From Chiloscyllium plagiosum (taxonomy: Eukaryota): a DNA stretch of 54,969 bases. The notes under the pieces are model-generated. The model did no database searches. It had not been told where the DNA came from and worked only from the letters and a program-made list of their open reading frames with translations. Position 1 is the stretch's first letter. Every line of letters begins with the position of its first letter. This document shows, in pieces, positions 1 to 11,100 of this stretch. Both the position numbers and the translations under genes were made by a program. The stretch is from NCBI RefSeq assembly GCF_004010195.1, contig NC_057750.1, positions 5,967,400-6,022,368 on the forward strand, written 5' to 3'.

Positions 1-400
1 TGAAGAGAGGTTGACTGAGCACGGACTTTTTTCATTGGAGAAAAGGAGGAGGAGAGGGGACCTAATTGAGGTATACAAGATAATGAGAGGCATAGATAGA
101 GTCGATAGCCAGAGACTGTTTCCCAGGGCAGAAATGACTAACACGAGGGGTCATAGTTTTAAGCCAGTTGGAGGAAAGTATAGAGGGGATGTCAGAGGTG
201 GGTTCTTTGCACAGAAAGTTGTGAGAGCATGGAATGTGTTGCTGCAGCAGTTGTGGAAGCAAGGTTATTGGGGACATTTAAGAGACGACTGGACATGCAT
301 ATGGTCACAGAAATGTGAGGGTACATACATGAGGATCAGTGGTCAGCACAACATCGTGGGCTGAAGGGCCTGTTCTGTGCTGTACTGTTCTATGTTCTAT
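1..400 (+). mobile_element. CR1 LINE 3' fragment
   Basis: ORF2 C-terminus GLFSLEKRRRRGDLIEVYKIM...TRGH and a (TGTTCTA)n tail. Confidence 0.9.
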
Positions 401-834
401 CATTTGTGCTTAATAGTTAATTGTAATAAGTACCTGTCATACCTTTCAATGTCCTGTTATCTGCATCCAGTTTATGATCAAGGAAATAACAGCACTGGAA
501 CATCAGGTTAAATGCCCCATTGGAGATAAATACATACCAAAATGTGTTAAAATAGTTGACACGATAGCTGGGTACCTTCAGTAAAATATTTTCCAATGCT
601 ATTCTAAGGAGCTATTCTCTATGGTGGATTTGATTTGATTTATTATTGTCACATGTACCAAAATACAGTGAAAAATTCTGTTTTGCATTCAGTACATACA
701 AAGATCATAGGGTGATCGAACAGAGGGTGACTGGAGGATGGACCACAGATAAATCTCAAAAGAGACTCCTTTCAAGATATAATCTATTGTACCTCAGTAA
801 CTAGACTCAGGTCACATTAACTCTCAGGCAGGCT

Positions 835-1220
835 AACTGCGGAGGAGGTTGAGAGGCAACCTTATAGAAGTTTATGAGATAATGAGGGGTATAGATAGGG
901 TTAATGGTAGATGTCTTTTCCCCTAGGATGGGGGATTTCAAGGGGACACATTTTTACGGTGAGAGGAGAGAGATTTATAAAAAGACATGAGGGGCAAATT
1001 TTCTTTTACAGAGTGGTTTGTGTGTGGAATGAACTTCCAGAGGAAGTGGAGGATGCGGGTACAATTACAACATTTAAAAGACATTTCAATAAGTACATGA
1101 ATAAGAAATGCTTGGAGGGATATGGGTCAGGAGCAGGCAGGTGGGAGTAGTTTATTTCATCACTATGTTTGGCATGGACTGAATGGGTCCATTTCCATTC
1201 TATTTGGCTCCATAACTCAC
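835..1220 (+). mobile_element. CR1 LINE 3' fragment
   Basis: [22 protein letters not shown] peptide. Confidence 0.85.
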
Positions 1221-1924
1221 TAAGAGATTGTTACGATACACTTTGGTCTCCTGATGCTTCATCCAGAGACTGTTATAGATCAGACTGCCAGAGTTTTGGT
1301 CTTGCTCATTGATCAACCCTTACATATCCAATACCTTGTACAAGATGTGGGCCAAGTCAGCAAGGTTCACATTTCATGAAGTAATTAAGATCTGAAACTT
1401 AACTGCTTTTATTCAGGGTTTTCAGCACCTGTAGTTTTTGCTTGTGTATTTTTAAATTGGGGATGGATTTGAGGGGCAAAAATGGTGGCTCTGTGATTTT
1501 AGAATCCAACCGAGGGGAGCAGAGCCTGTCTGTCTGTGTGCAGTACCTCCTCAGTACCGCATTGCAATAACCATGCACAAGCAGGGATTTAAACCTCAAA
1601 CCTTCAAACTTGAGGGGTGAGTAGGCTACTCCCTTGCAACCACTAAATGGGAACTTTACCAGGACCCAAATATGTAACAATGCAGACACTGCCTTCTTAA
1701 CTGAAGAGAAAGTCTCAGTTCCAGCAACTGATGAGCCATATGGCTTTCTGGTGCCATCTGGTGAAAAATGCAGGCATTGGCAATTTGACTGGCTCAATCC
1801 ATGATGTCTTACAGAGGTGAATTGTTGGCTAATCATCCCTGCCTAACCTCACATGAGGAATAGCACAGGATCCTCACACAAAGGGAAGGGAAGGGGATGC
1901 GAGCAAGAGAGCAGAAGCACTTAC

Positions 1925-2124
1925 CCCAAGGAGGTTGTAGGGGACGTAACCCTCTCGGCCATAAAGCGATGCCCACCACCAGTTCTTCTCCTCTTTGTCC
2001 CCTCGCTGCAGGATGGTAATGGTCTCGCCTTCATGGAAGGAGAGCTCGTCGTTGTTCTCAGCCTCATAATCCCATAGCGCATACACCACAGCACTGTTCA
2101 TCATCCCAGCTTGCTGCTCAGCAC
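1925..2124 (-). CDS. PPP1R13L: coding exon 11: SH3 domain ([19 protein letters not shown]...[19 protein letters not shown])
   Basis: Acceptor ttttcccctcgaag|GT, donor GGG|gtaagt; 200 nt, phase 1 to 0; ALWDY, ELSF, WWW and GYVP SH3 motifs. Confidence 0.96.
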
Positions 2125-5100
2125 CTTCGAGGGGAAAATAAAATGGGAGGGTGAATAGAAGGCAGAGGGAGAACCACAGATGTAGGAGGGGGGGGGGGGG
2201 GGAAGAGAAAGTGAGGGAGACAGCAGGAGGAAGATAGATATGAAATGGCTGAAAATGTGGCTGAAACCGTACTCACTGAACAGAAATCGTGCACATTCCT
2301 CGTAACCATCCAAGTACCGGTCACATTTCTCTGCGGCCGTCTCTCCATCACTCAGAGTTGTTGAGAAGATGGCTGCTCCCTTTTTCACCAGGAAAGTGCA
2401 GATTGCCAAGTCATTACAGGACGCCGCACAGTGCAGGGGAGTCCTAAGCAGAGAGAATGACCCATCAGGTAACCACCAAAACCTCCATGATCCTAATCCT
2501 CTCTCATCAGGGCAATCCTCTCCCTTTCTGAAGGCATCAGCTGCTGCTGAAGCACACTGCTCTTTGAGAGTGCTTTGACTAGCTATTAAGACTGTAGGAG
2601 GCACTATACCTAGGCAAGGTCCCTAACACACACACACACACACACAGTTTGTCACCAGTTTGATAAGGAACAGAACCCCTGTCTGGTTCCCCACTCTCTC
2701 CATCACAAGACCAATCAAACTCTGATAGAGAGTAACTAATTTGCTACAAACGAAGGACCAATCTCAGGAACGTTGTGTACACCTCTGGCTGCGATCACGT
2801 GTACATCACTGATTTTTAACCCTCCACCATTTTGGGCTGTGCCTTCTGCTCTCTGGAATTACCTCCCTAAACCTCTCCTCCTCTTTCTTCCTTTAAGGCT
2901 TCTTTTTCCTTTTGGAAAACTTCCCTCTTCCACTGAACAGCGGGACACCAATCCCAACGTCTCCTAACGGAACTCCATCATAAAATCTCCTGTGAAATGC
3001 CTCCTGATGTTTTACTGCACTGAAGGTGCTACATAAACGCAGGTCTGTGCTGGAGAATTCATTCACCAGCTGACCCAAACAGGGAGCGCAGCTGAATGGA
3101 CGCAGAAGCCATTTTTTTGGGCAGGGTGGAGACTAACCATCCGTAGCCATCGGCTGCGTTGATGTTGACTCCAAAGTTGACCAGAAACTCGACGATGTCA
3201 TAATGGCCGCCACACACTGCGTTGTGGAGCCCAGTGATGCCCTCGTCATTGGACTGGCTCGGGTCATCCATCTGAAAGAGAAGAGAGCGGTGTGTCAGGT
3301 CACTGAGTGGGAGGAGGCAGGGGACACGAGCAGTTTCTAACCCAAACCTCAGGCCACCTCTACCCCCAATACACCCAGAAACTTAAGAGTTCTAGAGATG
3401 TACAGCACAGAAACAGACCATTCGGTCCGGCCGACTCGCCCATGCCGACCACATATCCGAAATTAATCTAGTGCCATTTGTCATCATTTGGCCCATATTC
3501 CCTCTAAACCCTTCCTATTCACGTACCCATTCAGATGCCTTTTAAATGTTGTATTTGTACCAGCCTCTACCACTTCCTCCAGCAGCTCATTCCATACACG
3601 TACCACCCTCTGCGTGAAAAGCTGCCCCTTTGGTTCCTTTTATATCTTCCCCTCTCACTGTGCCCTCTAGTTTTCGACTCCCCTACACTGGGAAAAAGAC
3701 CTTGGCTATTCAGCCTATCCATGCCCGTCATGATTTTATAAATCTCTATAAGGTCATCCCTCAGCCTACAATGCTCCAGGCAAAACAGTCCCAGCCTATT
3801 CAGCCTCTCCCTGTGGCTCAAACCCTCCAACCGCTCAGACAACCTTAAATCTTTTCTGAGCCCGTAAGTTTCACAACAGCTTTCCTACAGCAGGAAGACC
3901 AGAACTGCACGCAGTATTCTGAAACTGGTCTATAATCTCACCACTGCAGATTTAGTTAGGTTTCTTCAGGAGGAGCCAGTTCTGAAAACTGGACCCAAGT
4001 AAACTCTGAGCTTTCCCTGCTGCAGAGCGCGCTTGTGGAGCCCTTGGGAAAACTCCCTCAAAGGCTGCAGTCTGCCCAAGCACCAGAAGGGGTCAGTGGT
4101 GTTCTATCAGACAGTCAATGAACTGATTGCTGCTGCAGACCTCTTACCAAAAAATATACAGCAAACTATGTTTTAACGGGAACCTTACAAACTCTTGATA
4201 AACTAGCAAAGCTCATAAACCTCAGTACTGCAAAGTTAATTAACCTTGAAGTCTTTCATAGTAATCATCTATTTCTTTACCTTTCTACTATTCTATGAAG
4301 TAATGCTTAACATTTTAACACATTTCTCTATTTTTTAACCTAAGCTTTTGTTGTACTTAGGTACCCAAGATGGCATCATGTGTGGTGACATTATACAGTT
4401 TTCACCGTACTCCTGTACTTGAGTACACGTGACAAAGTCTAAAATCTATCGTGATATCTGAGTAGACAGTTGAGGATACAGGTGAGAAGATTCTGTACCA
4501 CTGAGTTTTATTTAAGGCAAAGTTGCATTATTATTTAAGTCACTTATGCTGTATATAAGGTATACCAGTAATGTGTGTACCCCCACATTACGTTTCTATT
4601 ACTGAGGGTTTTTACACTGATTAGGTGTAACCTCTTGATTATCTGGAACATTTGATCAATTAGTACATTCCTGGTCCAATAGTTACTGGTGAGTAAGTAC
4701 CTCCAGGGAGGGACAAGGGCTTAGTCAAAATTCTAAGGTGGAGGAACAATGAATGTCAATTCACCTCGAACACCACTCGCTTCACCACCTCCAGCTCCCC
4801 AAGTAATGCAGCGTCCAGCAACACCACTAAAGGATTCAGCCGTGCTCTCATCTTTGTACTCGGTTCAGAGCTGTCTCCCTGCTTTAGAATTGAACGCTTC
4901 ACCTAGAAAAAAATCCAGAGAGAGAAACAAAATCAGCTCAGCCTCTCCTTGCGCCACTGGAACGCTCACAGGGTAAAAGCAAATCAGCACAAGTTTCATC
5001 ATGTCATGTTACTTTGCTTTAGGCGCCTAATCATAGTCCCAGAGAGGGAGACAGTTCAGACTGTTACAGACCAGACTAGGGACTGGAATCCTTCATAGAT

Positions 5101-8100
5101 CTGATTGCATTTTCCATCGAAAACCATAGGACAGGTATAGCATAGGGTTCAATAGACTAAAGATTTCTCGACTCTTTTAAACTCAAACTAAATAGAAACC
5201 TCTACACTGTCCCCATCAAACACTTGCAGGACAGGGACAGCACCGGGTTAGACACAGAGTAAAGCTCCCTCGATCTACACTGTCCCTCATCAAACACTCG
5301 CAGGACAGGGTCAGATACAGAGTACCCTCACTTTCTCCTCGCAGATACAGAGTAAAGCTCCTTCTACACTGTCCCCATTAAATACTCCCAGGAGAGGGAC
5401 AGCACTGGGTTAAACAGACTAAAGTTTCCCACCCAGCATTATGCCTTTGTCACAATCTGCTACAGCAGGGTGATAGTCAAGGTCAGAAGGAATAAAAGAA
5501 GTGGGCCATTCAGTCCATTGAGACTCCACTTCTAACCCAACAGCCTGCCAGAGTCTGCCAACTTGGCACTGAATCAAGGGTGCACCCAACTGATATTGGA
5601 CTGGACCTGGTAAAACCACTTCATATGGAACTGCGTCACAACCAGTAGGACCAGGGGAGACAGGAGAGAGCGCACGTGAGAGATAGACAGAGCAAGATGC
5701 ACCGAGGAGGTAGGAGCACGGAGTCAGCAGCTGAACTTACGGGTAATGTGGAGGGCGATGATGGAAATTCCAGTATCGGGGTGGGGAGATTTGGGGAGGG
5801 GTGAGTGTCCGAAGTGGGTGAGGTCTGTGGCGAGCTGGGTAAGGCACTGCCTTCGGCAGGTTCCTGATGCTTTCGCTGGCTGGCCCCGCTGCGAGCGAAG
5901 AGCTTGGTGAGCTGCTGGTACAGGCGCGCTTGCTTCTGCATGGGGACCAGCTGCTGCACTGGCTGTTCGATGGATGTCCGCCTCTTCAGGGGGCGCGGAA
6001 TGGCAGCTCGGATACGCATCAGCTCCTCCATGTCCTGGATAGCCTCAGAGTCTGGCAGGGAGACCGGCTGTAGGCGTGTGGGGGACAGTGGCCGGGGAAT
6101 ACTCTCCGGATCAGGAGAGTCTCCAGGCTGCAGGATGTTGGCGATCTCTGTCTCTACCTCGCCCATCTCTGCCAGAGGAAGGTGGGAGTGCATGGCATCC
6201 AAGGGCAGAGCTGAGAAATCGTGCACCTTCCTGCCAACTGTGACAAAGAGAGGCAGAAAGAGAACACAAAAACACAATTAACTACAAGCCATCAAAACAT
6301 AACACTGACCAATTCCAGTCTCCACTCCTCAGAACATTCCCCCGACTTTTCTCCATCATCCACATCCGTCTATGGTGGCTCAGTGGTTAGCACTGCTGCC
6401 TCACAGTGCCAGGGACCTGGGTTCGATTCCCACCTCGGGTGACTGTCTAGAGTTTGCACATTCTCCCTGTGTCTGCATGGGTTTCCTCTGTGTGCTCCGG
6501 TTTCCTCCCACAGTCCACAGATGTGTAGGTTAGGTGGATTGGTTGTGCTAAATTGCCCGTAGAGTCCAGGGATTTGTAGGTTACTTGAATTGGCCATGGG
6601 AAATGCAGGATTACGGGGATAGGGTGGGATACACTTTGGAAGGTTGGTGCAAACTCAATGGGCCAAATGGCCTCTTGTTGCACCAAGGATTGTCTGATTC
6701 TATTCTATGAACACAGCAAATTCATGGATATAGCTGCAAAGAGAAGTCATATCAGACTTGAAACATTAATTCTGTTTCTCTACAGAGCTGCCAAGTTCAT
6801 CCCACACACTCATTTTATTTCAGTCTGCCAGCATCCGCAGCATTTTGCATTTGTTTTAACTCAGAAGAGTTCACAGGTGAGGCAGGGCAGTCGCTCAGAA
6901 CACTGGCTAACATTCCAACCTCTCGACTAACCTCAAACACAGACTAACTGGTGAATCGGCTAGCGAATATTGTGCACACAATGGCTCTGTGTTCTCTCTC
7001 ACATCAGCAGAGGCTATCACTTCAATCTTATTTCATGGATCTGAAGCCATTTGGAGTCACTGAGAGGATGTGAAGCACACTGTACGAGTAGGGCGAGGCA
7101 TGAAACACATTAAGCTGCCGCGGTACAAGTCTGTGGGTTCGAGTGCCACCAGAGACACTTCAGCTGAGTGCCAGGGCCAAGAGAGCAATGAACCGCCCGA
7201 TGGTCAGGACTGAGGGTGGGGGGGGGGGGCGCCGGCGCCACATTGTCCAAGGGTCTTTTTTTGTTTAGGAAGTGGGATGGAAGTGGTCACCCCTCGAGTG
7301 AAACACAAATGTTCCTGTGGCTGTTTTGTCTCCCTGGGTGGCAATAACGATTTCCAAACCAGCGTCACCCAAAAGAGAATAAATATACGAATCATCTGAC
7401 CATTTGTCACAATGCTGTCAGCGGGATCTTGCTGTGCACACAATTGGCTGCTGCACCTTATGCATTAAAATGCGCCATTGATTCATACAACCGGAAACAG
7501 ACCATTCGGTCCAACCAGTCCATGCCAACCAGATTTCCCAAACTAAACTAGTCCCATCTGCCTACCTTTGGCCATATCCCTCCAAACCTTTCCTATTTAT
7601 GTACTTATCCAAATGTCTTTTATTTGTTGTAACTGTCTCCACATCCACTTCCTCTGGAAGTTCATTCCACAAATTAACTCCTGTGAAAAAAATTGCCCCT
7701 CATGTCTATTTTAAATCTTTCTGCTCTCACCTTCAAAATATGCCACCTAGTCTTGAAATCCCCCACCCTAGGGAAAAGACACTTGCCATTCACCTTATCT
7801 ATACCCCTCGTGATTTTAACATCTGTAAGATCACCACTCAACCTCCTACGTTCCAGTGAAAAAAGTCCCAGCCTATCCAGACTCCCCCTATAGCTCAAAC
7901 CATTCATTCCCGACAACATCCTGGTAAATCTCTTCTGAAGCCTCTCCCAGCTTAATAATATCCTTTCTATAACAGACCAACCAGAACTGGACACAGTACT
8001 CTGGAAGAGGTCTCACCAATGTCCTGTACAACCACAACATTACATCTAAATTCCTTCACTTAAAGGTCTGAGCAATTAAGCCAAGCGTATTAAACGCCTC

Positions 8101-11100
8101 CTTTACTACCCTGTCTACATGTCATACAAACTTCAGAGAATTATGTACCAAAAGGTATTAGGTATCCAAAGGCATTCAAGTGGTCTGAGGTGCCTTTAAG
8201 ATAGTAAATGATGCTAGAAAGGAAATGATTCTCTCTCCAATCTCCCTCCCTCCATTCACCACCACACCCCCCCCAAAGGTGGCTCAGTAATATCTGGACG
8301 GAGATACACAGTCACAGACTCACCTTCCGCTACTGGCTGAAGCTGTGGGTATCTCATCGTTGGAGGGGCAGCAATCTGGCCATGAGGGAGCCTGGCCCCA
8401 GCGGTCATCCTTCCCCGGCCTTGTTTGACAATGGTGGGTCTGATCAGCACTGAGAGGGGCAGGACGTTTCTGCGCTCCTTGATGGACGAGGGTCGGGGGT
8501 TGTGTGGTGGCACATTGGTCCGGGACACGATTGGGGATGGCAGATTGGGCCAGGGGCTGTGCTGGGGGGAGCTGAGCAGTGGGGGTCTCCTCTGCTGCTG
8601 GGCTGTCTCATGTCTCCAGTGGAGTGGAACAGTCCCCTTGGGTAAGGTTGCATATATTTGAATCGAATTGAATGCCTTGTTCCTTCCTCCTGCAGTCTAG
8701 GGGGTAGAGAGAAGACGGAGACACAAAATTAATTCACTTTCTCCTCATCCATCACAATCCCTTTCCAGTCTCTGTATGAAAGCATTTCCTTGTCCTCAGA
8801 TTTGTTTTTGGCCCCTGACAACAAAGAATTGCTGCTTCTCCAGAATTACGCTGCACCCCTGGTGTGGGAGCTTACAATGACCAAACTGTAAGCGGCTGTA
8901 AGCTTCCCTCATCGCCATAATGACCAGATTTCAAATGCATCCCAAAGCGCTGTAAAAATGCAAGCCCTTTCCTGAAATTGAAACCCATCGCCTTGCTTCC
9001 CTGTCCCAGGGCTCAATCAAATCTGGTGATCGTCAATGGAACCTCACTGCTGATCGTAAGACCATAATTGAGAAGGTGGCCGGTGGAAATGAAGGAATAA
9101 AAACAAAAATTGCTGGAAAAACTCAGTAGGTCTGGCAGCATTTGTGGAGAAAGAAAGCAGGGTTAACGTTTAGGGTCCTTTCTTCAAAACTCAGAATGAA
9201 AGAGTTTCCTGAGAATTCAGGAGGGTTACTGGGAGACAAAAGGATTCTTGGCCTCAACTGAGTAGCCCACCCCTCCCCCAGAAACCACTGCTCGAAAAGG
9301 TGATGGAACAATCACAATGAGGAGGTAGCATTAACATCACAGGATTAGTAATATTTTCCCCTAAGAATTTGTACTTAAGAAGTTGTTTTTAGATATGCTT
9401 GTGCTCAAGCTGGTACAAGTGGTGACTTGTAAATCTTTCACTGTTTGAGTTTGTGACTATAAAGTTAAGGAATTAAGGATTAATAACCCAGAGGTGCAGG
9501 CTAATGCACCAGAGACACAGGTTCAAATCCCCCCACAGGTGCTGGTAGATTTAAATTTGGTTTATCAATGGGAAGTTGATGGCCTAGTGGTATTGTCACT
9601 GGACTGTTAATTCAGAGACCCAGATAACATTCTGGGGACCTGGGTTTGAATGCTGCCCTTGCAGGTGGTGGAATTTGAATTCTATAAATATCTAGACTTA
9701 AGAATCTAATAACTACTATAAATCCATTGCCAATTGCCAGGAAAAACCTATCTGGTTCACTAATGTCCTTTAGGGAAGGAAATCTGCCATCCTTACCTGG
9801 TTTGGCCTACATGTGACTCCAGACCCACAGCAATGGGGTTGACTTTCAACTGTCCTCTGGGCAATTAGGGATGGGTAATAAATGCTGCCTAACCAGCAAT
9901 GCCCTCAGCCCATGAATGAAAAATATCTAGAACTGAAAGCAAGTCTCAGTGATAGTAACTGTGAAACAATCGATTGTTGTAAATGGATGTTTATGAATGT
10001 GCTTTTCAGGTGAGGAAATCTATTCTTAACAACAAGACCTTTGTGAGACTCCAGAATAGGCTGCTCTGTTCCTCAAACCTGTTCTACTCTGCTAGCTGAT
10101 GTGCCTCAACTCCACTTTCCTGTTTGTCCACCCTCCCTTATTCCTCCATGGCAGCAGACTCTCAACTGCCCTCTGGAAAGGTCGAGCCAACTACTGAGTT
10201 CAAGAGCATCTAGGGAAGGGCACGTAATGACAGACTTGCCCAGTGACATTCACAAAAGCAGAAATGAAATCAGACGGCTATGAGATTAATTGGATAACTC
10301 CTTCAAAAAGGACCAGTGTAGATAGGTTGGTCTAAATGGTCTCCTTCACTCAAGTCAACTCTTTCCAATCCCATTGAGGTGGACGGTTTGAGGGAACTGA
10401 GCCAATTCATTGCTGCATGCCTAGGTTTGGATCTGTCTGATCACCTGGTCCCTTTGATGCACACGCACAGCAAAAACGTGACAAGTGTTTAATCCTGGAC
10501 AACATCAAGCATTGGGATATTTAAACAATGAAGCACACCCATTATCCCTCTCTCTGCCCACCACACCCTCCAAGTGTCAGATACTGGGTGTCAGCACCAT
10601 AACTCCATGTTAATTACAGGAGCGAGTATTCAGATACAGGGTGGAGTGTTCAGTGATAATTGCACCTAATGGATTTAATCTATCCCAGTATTAACACAGT
10701 GAGGAATGGGTCTTCGCTTGCACAGGGGTTTGCTCACTTCACCTCAACGGTGGCTCCCTGTTGGTTTCTATGTTCCATCACATTTATAGCTCCTAAGGTA
10801 TCGAATCAGACCGTGCATTCGTGCAGCAAGACCTGGACAACATTCAGGCTTGGGCTGAAGGGACAAGGGACAAATTCAACAAACAAGGGCCAGACACTCA
10901 TCTTTGGATCCATCATTAGCAACACCCGGGTGATCCTGCTGATTAGAAACCAAACTGTATAAAAACAGCAGCAAAAGCAGACCAGAGATTGGGAATATTG
11001 TAGTAACTCATCTCCTGTCTTCCCAAAGCCCATCCACAATGCACAAGTCAGGAGTCTGATGGAAAACTCCCCACTTGCCTGGATGGGTATAACCCCAACA

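Noticed and set aside
1399..1428. Possible terminal exon VLKTLNKSS-stop after a CAG, containing AATAAA
   Set aside because: Acceptor is purine-rich and the peptide has no resemblance to the conserved L(F/Y)PR(V/I)KP end needed to complete the SH3 fold; the real exon is probably outside the window.
1925..4902. Assignment to TP53BP2 (ASPP2) or PPP1R13B (ASPP1)
   Set aside because: Despite NLLG and GVNINAAD, the RARL motif, IFxTTLSDG, N-terminal exons and lack of the ubiquitin-like domain all match iASPP.
5110..5432. Repeat array with variable spacing, superficially CRISPR-like
   Set aside because: Vertebrate intron, degenerate units without unique spacers, no cas genes.
6372..6435. tRNA-like A and B boxes, here and at other SINE heads
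   Set aside because: They continue into SINE body and tail and are not standalone tRNA genes.
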